A DNA stretch of 63,038 nt, filler included, from Octopus bimaculoides (lineage: Eukaryota), in NCBI RefSeq assembly GCF_001194135.2. It is 8 parts of 8 records of this genome, joined end to end, with 100 filler letters (N's around TTAATTAATTAA, not from the genome) between each part and the next. Parts side by side here need not be neighbours in the genome. Positions count along the whole stretch, not along the records: positions 1 to 22,331 come from NC_069002.1; positions 22,432 to 31,821 come from NC_068997.1; 6 more parts are not named here. One strand, 5' to 3'. Positions 14,626-26,312 of the stretch are shown here, piece after piece (the stretch's first letter is position 1; the number at the start of each line of letters is the position of its first letter). Under the pieces are notes generated by a model. The model saw nothing but the letters and a program-made list of their open reading frames with translations. It had not been told where the DNA came from and searched no databases. The translations under genes were made by a program, and so were the position numbers.

Positions 14626-16797
14626 TTGCTACTGCTACTGCTGTTCATATTTTTATTGTGCTATTTTTTGTTTGTTTGTTTCTTTCTTTCTTTGTTTTGA
14701 TTTTTGTTATTGTTGTTTTATTTTGTTGTTGTTTTGTTGTTGATGTTGTTCATTTGAACCTTAAAATGATTAGTGAACAGCAAAAAAAAAATGTTTCTAT
14801 TTGATCGGGTGCAACAAGCTGAAAACAAACAAACAACAACAACAACAATAACGACGACTGTAAAACGTATTACAACAGCAATAACAACAACAACATCAAC
14901 AAACAAAGGATGCAAAACAACTATAATTGATAAGCAAAAATATTCCTAAAAACGGGAAAACCAAGCAAAAAGAAACACTAAACAAACCTAAGGCTTCACT
15001 CCCCTCTCCTATCCTAGCCACCCCTCTTCTGCACAATGGTTTAATCCTATAATCCGTCATGTTTTGCTTTGTTTGGAGGCATCTGTCTTATTTGATTCTA
15101 TGGAATGGCTTTTTAGTTCTGCTGCACAAGAACACTCACCCCAACCCCCCAGATCCCCACCCCACCTTCACCCTAACCACCCCGTATTGACGAAGGAGGC
15201 CTCGCCAACAGCATTCTCACCNNNNNNNNNNNNNNNNNNNNNNNNNNNNNNNNNNNNNNNNNNNNNNNNNNNNNNNNNNNNNNNNNNNNNNNNNNNNNNN
15301 NNNNNNNNNNNNNNNNNNNNNNATCACCACCACTACCACCACTAGCAGTTTCGTAATCAGCACACCACCACCGCCACCGCCGCTGTTATCACCATTATCA
15401 AACAATCACCACCACCGCTCCACCACCACCATCGTCATCACACTCACCACTACTACCACCACCACCACCACCACCACCACTACTATCTCCACTGTCATTG
15501 ACATCACCACCACCGCCGACACCATCATCATAACTAATCTTATCCCTTTTCTGGTTTACAAAAAGGTCTTCTTGATTCTAGACTCGGAGTGGTGGACACG
15601 GCATTCGTTATTTGCTTCGAGAATGTATGTATGACGGTACTGGCGTTTCTGATACGTTGGTGCTACCATCAATTGGTCTCCTCTCTGCGGAGTAGAGTTT
15701 TGGTAACCAGATATGGCACCGGATAATATATTTTTACAAAGATATCAGATTATCACTGAAGTAAGATAAGGATATAATCATAAAATGATTATATCAGTGG
15801 CTTAGCATAGGAAATGCATGTGTACATTGGTGACTGCGGATGAATTTACCCGTGGGTACGTATACTTCTCGTTTATATATTAATGGCTTATTCAACTGAA
15901 GATCGCAAAGCAAATTTTTCTTTTTCTTTTTTTTTTTTTTTTTTNNNNNNNNNNNNNNNNNNNNNNNNNNNNNNNNNNNNNNNNNNNNNNNNNNNNNNNN
16001 NNNNNNNNNNNNNNNNNNNNNNNNNNNNNNNNNNNNNNNNNNNNNNNNNNNNNNNNNNNNNNNNNNNNNNNNNNNNNNNNNNNNNNNNNNNNNNNNNNNN
16101 NNNNNNNNNNNNNNNNNNNNNNNNNNNNNNNNNNNNNNNNNNNNNNNNNNNNNNNNNNNNNNNNNNNNNNNNNNNNNNNNNNNNNNNNNNNNNNNNNNNN
16201 NNNNNNNNNNNNNNNNNNNNNNNNNNNNNNNNNNNNNNNNNNNNNNNNNNNNNNNNNNNNNNNNNNNNNNNNNNNNNNNNNNNNNNNNNNNNNNNNNNNN
16301 NNNNNNNNNNNNNNNNNNNNNNNNNNNNNNNNNNNNNNNNNNNNNNNNNNNNGTTAATGATAGCGGCGTCGGAAGAAGTGCTAATCGTTGTGGCGATAAT
16401 AGTAATGGTGGTGGTTGTGGTGTTGGTGGTGGTGGTGGTGGTGGTGGTGGTGGGTGGTGGTGATTATGCATGTTAGGAGGTAATAGTAGTAGTAGTAGTA
16501 GTAGCGGTGTTGTAGAAACTGCAAGAGGTGACGTAGCAGAGGTGAGGAATATTCCATGTGGCACGCAATTTCCTCATTCAGTGAGGACAGCTATTTAGAC
16601 ATTAGTTAACCTCTCTCCCCCCCTCTCTTTCTCTCTCTTTCACTCTGATGATGATGATGATGCGCCCTTCTATTCTACACCTCTTCTACATTTCACACTT
16701 TCCTGTATATATACATATATATATATATATGTATGTATGTATATATGCATGTGTATGTATGTATGTATGTATGTATATACACACGCATACATATACA

Positions 16798-16985
16798 CTA
16801 GGTCTGATCAATAAGTATCCGGAATGAGTTCAGTCCCGTGGGGAGAAGGTTGTGATCAGGCCCACGAAATGAAGCGTGCCAAGTATGAAAGCGTCTGCAG
16901 AACTGCAGCGAAAAGGGATGGCAGTTATGGCTTTTGCCAGTTAATACTTTGAGAAGCTTCATACTGCACAGGTTCGCCTGCGTAT
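16798..16985 (+). mobile_element. Mariner terminal fragment
   Basis: Begins CTAGGTCTGATCAATAAGTATCC, the same terminal repeat as the element at 35165-36023. Right boundary uncertain. Confidence 0.5.
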
Positions 16986-19357
16986 ATGCATGCAGCACAC
17001 ATTTATACACATTATACGTCCTAAACACTCACACAAATTTATAAAACAACAAATTATCAATTTATAATTTTTTTTTCTTTAAAAAGATTTTTGTAAAAAC
17101 GTTTGTTGGTTTCTGGTTGAAACTCCCAGGTTTTCTGCACTGAAAGAGCCTGGTTAAGAGTCTATACGGTTACGTGACACAGCCCGGACACCTTGCAACT
17201 ATGTTATGACACCAACCAACCAGCATGTTGCAGAGGGTGTTTAAAGACTCAAAGGTTCATAAAACCGACTACATTACTTGACTAATTTGAGTTATAAGTG
17301 AATAATTCTTATTCAATTGTTGTCCAGTTTTAACAGCAGTTTCTGTAACCAGTTGATATGAACAAGGGTAAAATGTACTACAAATGACTTCATTGTAACG
17401 TATGTGTGTGTATGTAGGCATGTATGTATGTATGAACGAATGCCTGTCTGTCTGTCCTCCTTTGCGTGTGTGTTTAGTGTGCGTATATGCTGAATCACTT
17501 CCCCTACCAACATCATTATTCAATTCTACCCCAAACCCATACCTTTACATAAAATGCATCCAGCATCTGTTAGCTCAATAACAGAAAGGAAGTTGTTTAA
17601 GCAATCTTAGCCTCGTTTTGGTGGCAAACAAAGATGTCTAACGGATGAAATGTGGACTCTATTTTTTTTGGCACACAACTCTCAGTCCGTTAGGAGCTAC
17701 ATTGGTGCTGACTGGTCCGTCTGTTGTTTTCTGTTTTCTGTATATATGCATGTGCTTCTGTAAGCGTGTGTATGTGTGTGTGTAATGCGTGACGGGAGAA
17801 ATCAATCCATCAACCAACCAACTAATATTATTTATATCGGCTATTACTATACACAGTTTCTCATTAACCATGTCATATCTTACACTATTCACATTCTATA
17901 GCCAGTTTGCTATTTTTTTCCTTTGGTGCTATTTTAAAAGCGGAAGTGTTCGCCAATTACCGGCACACACCAAGTGAACTGGAAGCTGCTAGTTGTCAGG
18001 AATTTGAGGCAACACTCCAAGACATGGTACGGTGATCATGCAGAATTTTCTAGGCTAGTCTGCTAATACGTAAGTGAAACTATAGGAAGTATCTGGCATA
18101 CGTAATACATAGTTATTTACGTGTTATTTACGTCTTTATAAATGGTACGCATTTATTCTGTAGTTTTGGATGAAAAAAAATGGTTGCTAATATCTTACAT
18201 TTGCCAACATTGGAATTGTAGTTCAACTGCCGACTCTGTGTTTGAATATATGCATGTCTGTACGTACGTACGAACATACATACACACACATACATGCATG
18301 CATTCATACATACATACATACATACATACCATCGAATTTACTCCCATATTTGAAATATTACGGAGATGTACTTGCATAGCAAGTGTCCTGATTTGAGATC
18401 GTGTGCTGGAACGAAAACAATTGCAGCGTGGAAGGTGTTTATAAGCCATTTAAAATCCGTTAGATTCACTTCAACATTTAAATTTAATTTGCCAAAATAT
18501 TTTCGTCGCTTTGAGACCGCGACCTGTTCACTGACAAAATTTCGTGCTGCATGGAATTTTGTGATTTGAAAGATATAACTTGTAAATTGTGTTCGAGTTT
18601 GGTGAGAGAGAGGGGGGAGAGAAACAGAGATAGGCAGATGAGAGAGGGAACTGATAGAGTGACAGATAGACAGAGACAGACAGAGAGAAACACAGAGAGT
18701 GGGAGAGAGACAGAAAGGGAGGGAGAGAGGGGATAGACAGAGATAGAGACAGGCAGAGAGAGACAGAGACTGAGAGGAGAGAGAAAGAAAGGGAGATAGA
18801 GAGAAGAGTGAGACACAGATAGACTGACAGACATACACACAGACACGCTGACAGACTCAGGGGGAAAGGGAGAGTGACAGACAGACAGACAGACAGAGAC
18901 AGGCAGACAGGCAGACAGATATAGGCACACCAACAGACAGACAGACAGACAGATAAACAAAGACAGACAGACGTACAGCTGGAGAGACGGAGAGACGGAG
19001 AGAGATTGAGAAAGTGAGACCTAGAGACCGAGACAGGCATCCAGAGAAACAAATAGATAGAGAGGGACACACAGACAGACTGAGAGTGGGATAGAAGGGT
19101 GTAAGTGTATTTACACACTCCACTACCCTCAATTTATTTGAAACTACCCCGAACTAAGAATGTCTCGTTTATTACATTATATGCTGAGTACGGAGGTAGA
19201 ACTGGTATTAATGGAGGGCATGGGGTGATGGTGTGGGGGGGGGAGTTGACGGTGCCCTGTTACTGGAATAACAGTCGTTCCTGTTACTGTAATAAACTTC
19301 GACTGCTATAATAATCATCATCATGAATACCGTCATCACTTTTATAACCATCATCAC

Positions 19358-19427
<70 letters not shown>

Positions 19428-19477
19428 GTCCCTTCCATCATCAATAACTTCACCTCACCATAGCCATCGTCATCGTC

Positions 19478-19800
19478 GCACTGATAGAGTGGGAATATTT
19501 GGTATTTCGGGTTTATGTTTACGGGGCACTGGTCTAGGTGTTTGCTTACGGGAATTTTCCTAGTCGTGGGGTCCCGGATTTGTTGCCTGTGCACCGTTAG
19601 CCTGTCTCTCAAGGTTAAACTAGTTTGACCTATGTAGTCTCCACTACACCCTCCACATCTGAGAACATATATTAAGCTCTTCGAAAGCACAGGTGAAGTG
19701 ATGTTTTATGGTGAAAGTTTGACCTGACTTAAATTTGTATGTTGAGAGCCCTCTAAGAGGAACATGCATGTTTCGCAGTTAGGGCATCTTTCTCTCAGAG
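19478..19800 (-). mobile_element. Penelope-like element GIY-YIG endonuclease fragment, frameshifted
   Basis: RCPNCETC...FKSGQTFTIKHHFTC / SKSLIYVLRCGGCSGDYIGQTSLTLRDRLTVHRQQIRDP...HLDQC...YQIFPLY. Shows the IY-x-YIG core with the upstream Cys cluster typical of Penelope-like elements. Confidence 0.85.
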
Positions 19801-20014
19801 TGAGGAATTATGGAATACTGCAAGAAACAACGGTGGCAATTATGATGGTGGTATAAGAATACAAAATCGATTGTGCGATCCTCAGATGATGATTCAAACA
19901 TTTTTTTTATATTCAGGCGTGAGTTACTACAGAGAGATACACCGGTGCCCTTCTTGTTCGTCATGACACTAGATTATGTTACGTACGTCGACGTAACATT
20001 GATTTTATTCAACA

Positions 20015-20138
20015 GAAAGCTAGAAGCAGGAGATATCTAACCAAGAAGATCACTGATACTAACTATGCGGGCGACCTTGCATTATTTGCTGGTAACAGAC
20101 GCTGTACAACTACTGCAAGCTCTGGAAGATGCAGCTTT
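20015..20138 (+). mobile_element. RTE-type reverse transcriptase fragment, degenerate
   Basis: ARSRRYLTKKITDTNYAGDLALFA, then QLLQALEDAA. Decayed (D)YADDLAL motif. Confidence 0.6.
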
Positions 20139-20154
20139 TGGGATTGCTTTAACC

Positions 20155-20445
20155 CAGTCTTTCTCAACCGTTTTTTTTTTTTACTTATGGACCCCTTTGA
20201 TTTGCATTTAACTTCGATGGATCTTCATAACTGCTTAATGTTAAATTATCCTATTATATTTCTATAATTAAATATCATGAGAAATTGTATTTTTTAAAAA
20301 TTGTTAAAATATTTTGTGTATTGTAGAAATATAACCAATTTATTGTAGATTAATTTTAACAACAAAACCTTATATGGACACTGAAGGGCCATATGAACTT
20401 TTAAGGGCCATATGAACTTTTAAGGGCCATATGAACTTTTAAGGG
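20155..20445. mobile_element. Possible hAT-type MITE, left end only
   Basis: Starts CAGTCTTTCTCAACC, resembling hAT TIRs, with an AT-rich body. Right end lost at a SINE junction. Confidence 0.3.
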
Positions 20446-20449
20446 CCAT
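20384..20449. repeat. 19-bp tandem repeat, 3 perfect copies plus a partial
   Basis: Unit AAGGGCCATATGAACTTTT. Confidence 0.95.
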
Positions 20450-20766
20450 TTGACTGCAGTTATACTGGAACACCGCTTTAAAGGGTGTTAATCGAAGAAA
20501 TTGACCCCAGGACTTATTCTTTGTAAGCCTAGTACTTATCCTATCGGTCTCTTTTGGTTACGGGCACCTAAACGCACCAGCATCGGTTGTCAAGCGATGG
20601 CGGGGGTGGGGTGGGGGGTGCAAACAGCAGCACAAATATATATATATATATATAAAACGAGCTTCTTCAAGTTTCCGTCTACCAAATCCACTTACAAGGC
20701 TTTGTAGAAGACACTGGCACTGGGACTGAACCTGGAACCATTTGGTTGGGAAGCAAGCTTCTTAAG
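20446..20766 (-). mobile_element. SINE family A
   Basis: Reverse complement matches the family A head and tail, with internal deletions. Confidence 0.8.
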
Positions 20767-21734
20767 CTATTACACATATGTATGTGCATGTATGCATGAA
20801 TGAATGCATGTGTATATATGTGTGTGTGCGCGTGTGTGCGTGTGTGTTTATGTATGCGTGTATGTATGTATCTATGTATTATGTACGCGTGTATATATGT
20901 ATATTTGGGTGTTTGGTGTGCACGCATACATATGAACGCAAACTTGCACGCATACATATGAATACATACATGCACACACACGCACACATACACACAATTA
21001 CTAATACACAAACACACACATATAGTCTATACCCGTCTAAACCCGGGGGTGTTTCTGACGGAACGCCGTCGCTAAAATGACAACGATAAGAAATAAAATT
21101 GCATTTCACGCTTTGGCGCTTTGCTTGCGGGTGATTTTTGAGGTCGTATTTAGTAACTGTGAGCGGCGGGTACCGTTGGATGGCAGAGCGGAGGTGGCGA
21201 ATAGAGGCGGATACCGACGGGTGGCAGCGAGTATTAGGGGTTAGCCAGTCGACACCCGTAGAGAAACTTCACTTGTCGAATTGATTCATGTGGGAGAACG
21301 CTTTGCATGGTTGCCAAACGATAGTTTGATGATACTGACTTATCTTCCGTAAGTGGGTAGATTAGGGGTAGCTAGTTGGTCGGATGGCTGGTCGGTAGGT
21401 CGGTCTGTCGGCTGGCTGGTTGGTTGGTTGGTGAGAAAAGTAGCGTGACGCAGGGTGTTACAATAGTAAACTATAGACAACCCGAACGAGAGGTAAGGCA
21501 ATTTGCCAGTTGTTATGTTGAAGCATTGCATCGCCGTGTCGTTAAGAAATTCGCTTTGCAACCATAAGGCTTCGAGTTCAGTCCTACTGCACGACATGGA
21601 TTTACGTTTCGAAGGACATCGTGCATGAACACTACTTATAAATATACATATATATATCGCATCGAGTTCTTATTTTTCTTGATTGTTAAGTGTATTTCCT
21701 TCATATAAATGTATCTGTGTGTACATGTGTATGT

Positions 21735-21842
<108 letters not shown>

Positions 21843-22331
21843 ATGCAAGCATTTATGTATATATGTATGTATGTATGCGTGTATGAACGTCTATATGAAT
21901 GTATGTGTGTCTGTTTATAATTAGGCATATCTTATATATATATATATATATATGGGTAGTGGTGGCACAGTATGTGTGTGTGTGTGCGTGTACTTACGTA
22001 TATATAGTTTTGTTTGTATCTCGAAACAGACAGATATGTATGCGCGCGCGTGCAGAGGTATTGCGTCTGCGTGTGTGTGTGCGTGTGTGTGTGTGTCTGA
22101 AAGTAAAAGTAAATTGGTGATCTTCGTTAAATTAGGAAGACCGAAGACATGATCAATGTCAGGCATCAGTTTTTCAAACAGATGACCAGCCCTGGGGAAG
22201 ACATTGAGTGGAACGGCAAAGAAGGTGGAGAAATATAATTTGTGTTAGCAAATATCATGTCAGATCGACACATCGTCGACAAATACGCTCACCATACGTT
22301 CTGGTAGCAGCTGGTGTTGCCTTGAATTGTG

Positions 22332-22431
22332 NNNNNNNNNNNNNNNNNNNNNNNNNNNNNNNNNNNNNNNNNNNNTTAATTAATTAANNNNNNNNNNNNN
22401 NNNNNNNNNNNNNNNNNNNNNNNNNNNNNNN
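22332..22431. other. Artificial 100-bp scaffold linker (N44-TTAATTAATTAA-N44); identical copies at 31822, 37803, 43674, 51136, 53301 and 56474
   Basis: Exactly 44+12+44 nt in all seven cases. The 12-mer puts TAA stops in all six frames. Confidence 0.95.
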
Positions 22432-22559
22432 ACTGCAAAGGCAGATCGACTGACTAACAAACCAAAAGCAATGAGCCACTGGTCACATCTTACTAAACCG
22501 ATTTTTAATGAGCTTCTGCAAGGCCAATTGCTGAATACTGTGCTTTCGGATATACTTGT
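22432..22559 (+). CDS. Candidate exon truncated by the scaffold start, product unknown
   Basis: Open frame TAKADRLTNKPKAMSHWSHLTKPIFNELLQGQLLNTVLSDIL ending at a consensus donor GT|gtgagt (phase 2). No family recognised. Confidence 0.25.
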
Positions 22560-22647
22560 GTGAGTCTTAATTTTGTTAGTGTATATATATATATATATAT
22601 ATATATACATACATACATCATATACATGTATATGTATGCGTGTAGGC

Positions 22648-22682
<35 letters not shown>

Positions 22683-22720
22683 TATATATTATATACAGGC
22701 ATATTCATATATGCATATAT

Positions 22721-22853
22721 AGGCACAGGAGTGGCTGTGTGGTAAGTAGCTTGCTTACCAACCACATGGTTTCAGGTTCAGTTCCACTGCGTGACACCTT
22801 GGGCGAGTGTCTTCTACTATAGCCTTGGGCTGACGAAAGCCTTGTGAGTGGAA
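22721..22853 (+). mobile_element. SINE family A, 5' half
   Basis: GGCACAGGAGTGGCTGTGTGGTAAGTAGC...CCTTGTGAGTGG. Confidence 0.85.
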
Positions 22854-23088
22854 TTAAATGGTTTTGATTTTCTGTCAGGTGACTTGTGGCCAACATTGTA
22901 TATGATGATTATGATGTATATATATATATGTATATATACACACACACAGACATATATATGTATGTGTGTATATATATTCGACTGGAGCTGGTAAGCAAGA
23001 GGACTGTGCCAATATCCACCACCTACTTAGGATATATTTTTATGGCTGGATGCACTTCATAACACCAACTATATATATATATATATAT

Positions 23089-23348
23089 CTCTTTTACTCT
23101 TTTACTTGTTTCAGTCTTTTGACTGTGGCCATGCTGGAGCACCGCCTTTAGTCGAGCAAATCGACCCCAGGACTTATTCTTTAGAAGCCTAGTACTTATT
23201 CTATCGGTCTCTTTTGCCGAACGGCTAAGTTACGGGGACATAAACAGACCAGCATCGGTTGTCAAGCGATGTTGGGGGGACAAACACAGACACACAAACA
23301 CATACACACATAAATATATATATATACATATATACGACGGGCTTCTTT
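23089..23348 (-). mobile_element. SINE family A, 3' half
   Basis: Reverse complement of the family A tail, running into an N gap. Confidence 0.85.
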
Positions 23349-24316
23349 NNNNNNNNNNNNNNNNNNNNNNNNNNNNNNNNNNNNNNNNNNNNNNNNNNNN
23401 NNNNNNNNNNNNNNNNNNNNNNNNNNNNNNNNNNNNNNNNNNNNNNNNNNNNNNNNNNNNNNNNNNNNNNNNNNNNNNNNNNNNNNNNNNNNNNNNNNNN
23501 NNNNNNNNNNNNNNNNNNNNNNNNNNNNNNNNNNNNNNNNNNNNNNNNNNNNNNNNNNNNNNNNNNNNNNNNNNNNNNNNNNNNNNNNNNNNNNNNNNNN
23601 NNNNNNNNNNNNNNNNNNNNNNNNNNNNNNNNNNNNNNNNNNNNNNNNNNNNNNNNNNNNNNNNNNNNNNNNNNNNNNNNNNNNNNNNNNNNNNNNNNNN
23701 NNNNNNNNNNNNNNNNNNNNNNNNNNNNNNNNNNNNNNNNNNNNNNNNNNNNNNNNNNNNNNNNNNNNNNNNNNNNNNNNNNNNNNNNNNNNNNNNNNNN
23801 NNNNNNNNNNNNNNNNNNNNNNNNNNNNNNNNNNNNNNNNNNNNNNNNNNNNNNNNNNNNNNNNNNNNNNNNNNNNNNNNNNNNNNNNNNNNNNNNNNNN
23901 NNNNNNNNNNNNNNNNNNNNNNNNNNNNNNNNNNNNNNNNNNNNNNNNNNNNNNNNNNNNNNNNNNNNNNNNNNNNNNNNNNNNNNNNNNNNNNNNNNNN
24001 NNNNNNNNNNNNNNNNNNNNNNNNNNNNNNNNNNNNNNNNNNNNNNNNNNNNNNNNNNNNNNNNNNNNNNNNNNNNNNNNNNNNNNNNNNNNNNNNNNNN
24101 NNNNNNNNNNNNNNNNNNNNNNNNNNNNNNNNNNNNNNNNNNNNNNNNNNNNNNNNNNNNNNNNNNNNNNNNNNNNNNNNNNNNNNNNNNNNNNNNNNNN
24201 NNNNNNNNNNNNNNNNNNNNNNNNNNNNNNNNNNNNNNNNNNNNNNNNNNNNNNNNNNNNNNNNNNNNNNNNNNNNNNNNNNNNNNNNNNNNNNNNNNNN
24301 NNNNNNNNNNNNNNNN

Positions 24317-24356
<40 letters not shown>

Positions 24357-24476
24357 TGTGAGAGAGAGAGAGCAACAGAGATATAGAGAATCGGTCAGCA
24401 GAGTTCTAGTGTTGTTGGCATGATGTTAACATGGAATAACAGTGGTCACAGTGATATAGGCTAAAATGTAATTTAG

Positions 24477-24536
24477 AGAATGTAATTGTGTTAAGAATCA
24501 AAGACAAATAATTAAAGGAGGTACCGACTTACGCAG
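24477..24536 (+). CDS. Candidate 60-nt symmetric exon (phase 2 to 2), product unknown
   Basis: atttag|A GAA...CGC AG|gtgagt. Translates ECNCVKNQRQIIKGGTDLR. Followed by an 81-nt intron-like segment ending tattcag at 24617. Confidence 0.2.
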
Positions 24537-24649
24537 GTGAGTTTGCAGATAAGATAAATAAGCTTTACTTCATTTATTTTATCACATGTGGCTCTTCTTT
24601 TGTGTGCGTGTATTCAGATTCCTACTAAACGAAGTATGCTCGTAATATC

Positions 24650-25157
24650 TATACACATCCTCATCATCAATATCATCATCATCATCACAATCATCAAGAT
24701 CACAATTAACTTTGTCATTGTCATCATCATCATCATCATTACTATCATTATCATCATCATCATCACCATCATCATTATCATCATCGTCGTCGTCATCATC
24801 ATCGTCATCATCATCATAGTCATCACCGTCGTCGTCATCATCATCGTCATCATCATCATAGTCATCACCGTCGTCATCATCAATGTCCTCCTCCTCCTCC
24901 TCCTCCTCCTCATCATCATCATCATCGTCGTCATTATCATCACCGTTGTGTCGTCATTATCATCATCGTCATCATCATCATCGTCATCATCATCACCGTT
25001 GTCATCATCATCAATATCATCATCATCATCATCATCGTCATCTTTATCATCATCATCATCATCGTCATCATCATCACCGTCGTCATCATCATCATCATCA
25101 TCATCATCCCCATCATCATCATCATCACCTCCTTCCATTCCTCATCATCATCATCAC
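24650..25157. repeat. Compound (CAT/CGT/CCT)n microsatellite
   Basis: Read directly. Another pure (CAT)n run at about 19315-19430. Confidence 0.95.
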
Positions 25158-25160
25158 CTT

Positions 25161-26312
25161 GGTTCCAAATTTTGACACATGGCCAGCAGCTGTTGGGGGA
25201 GGTGGGGAGGTGGTTTAAGTCGATTACATTGATCCTAGTGTTCAACTGGTTCCTATTTTATTGGCACCGAAAGGACAAAACGCAAAGTTGAACATGCAGA
25301 ACCTAACATCGGAAGCAATGCTGCAATGTGGTAAGGATTCTTTCCCGGGCACCACCCTTACTTTATTAAATGTTGGTTTCAAATTTTGATACAAGGCCAG
25401 CAATTTCGAGGAGGGGATAAGTTTGATTACATCAACCCCAGTGTGTAACTGGTATTTATTTCATCGATGTCGAAAAGATGAAGGGCAAAGACGACCTCAG
25501 TGGAATTTGAACTCAGAATGTAAAGATGGACAAAATGCCACTCTGCATTTTGCTCCACATGCTTAATGATTTTGCCAGCTTGCTCTGTTTACTTCAGTAA
25601 ATACTGATTTCAATTTTTTTGCACAAGGCTAGCAATTTTAGGGGAGGGGAAAAAGTCAATTACATCAACCCCAGTGTTCACCCATTCAATTTTATCAATC
25701 TCGAAATAATATAAGGCAAAGTCAACCTCGGCACCATTTGAACTCGGAACATTAGGATAAACAAAATGCCACTAAGCGTTTTTCCCAGTGTGCTAACAAT
25801 TCTGCTACCTAGCCCCCCCCCCTTCATGCCTCCCACCCCTAAGGTGACCCACGATGGTCTGATGTCTGAGATGATCAAAAACAGTCTAAACAAATATAAA
25901 CTGATTTAACAAATTCAAAGGTGATATACAAGGTGTCTAAGTTTGTGGTCTTGGGTTGTCTTGGTCTAAAGAGTCAGTCTATATGATCTACTAAGGTCTA
26001 AGGAAATGGTCAAAGACCATGAAGATGATGATTTTTACATAGTCTATCTTAATCTGAAGGTGGTGGTCTAAGGAGATAATCTTATTTCTTTACTACCCAC
26101 AAGGGGCTAAACACAGAGGGGACAAAGAAGGACAGACAAAGGGATTATTTCGATTACATCGACCCCAGTGCGTAACTGGTACTTAATTCATTGACCCCGA
26201 AAGGATGAAAGGCAAAGTCGACCTCCGCGGAATTTGAACTCAGAACGTAACGGCAGACGAAATACCGCTAAGCATTTTGCCTGGCGTGATAACGTTTCTG
26301 CCAGTTCGCCCC
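25161..26312 (-). mobile_element. Cluster of four same-orientation copies of tRNA-head SINE family B (about 25161-25295, 25375-25585, 25606-25812, 26082-26312)
   Basis: The three longer copies have A box TGGCAGAA and B box GAGTTCAAATT; all four have the core CCTTTCATCCTTTCGGGGTCGAT...AAGTACCAG on the minus strand. The first copy lacks its head. Confidence 0.85.

Noticed and set aside
22130-22331. Short ORFs on both strands (KTEDMINVRHQFFKQMTSPGEDIEWNGKE on plus; a gtgagc donor on minus)
   Set aside because: They are short, in conflict with each other and match no family I recognise.
22376-22387. TTAATTAATTAA as a regulatory repeat, homeodomain site or CRISPR-like repeat
   Set aside because: It is always centred in exactly 44 N on each side, so it is an assembly linker. 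The one natural occurrence (62552-62563) is a mutated SINE-B core.
24614-25218. His-, Asp-, Met- or Ser-rich ORFs, e.g. reflectin-like or beak-protein-like products
   Set aside because: This is a pure CAT/CGT microsatellite with no family motif; such runs leave several frames open by default.
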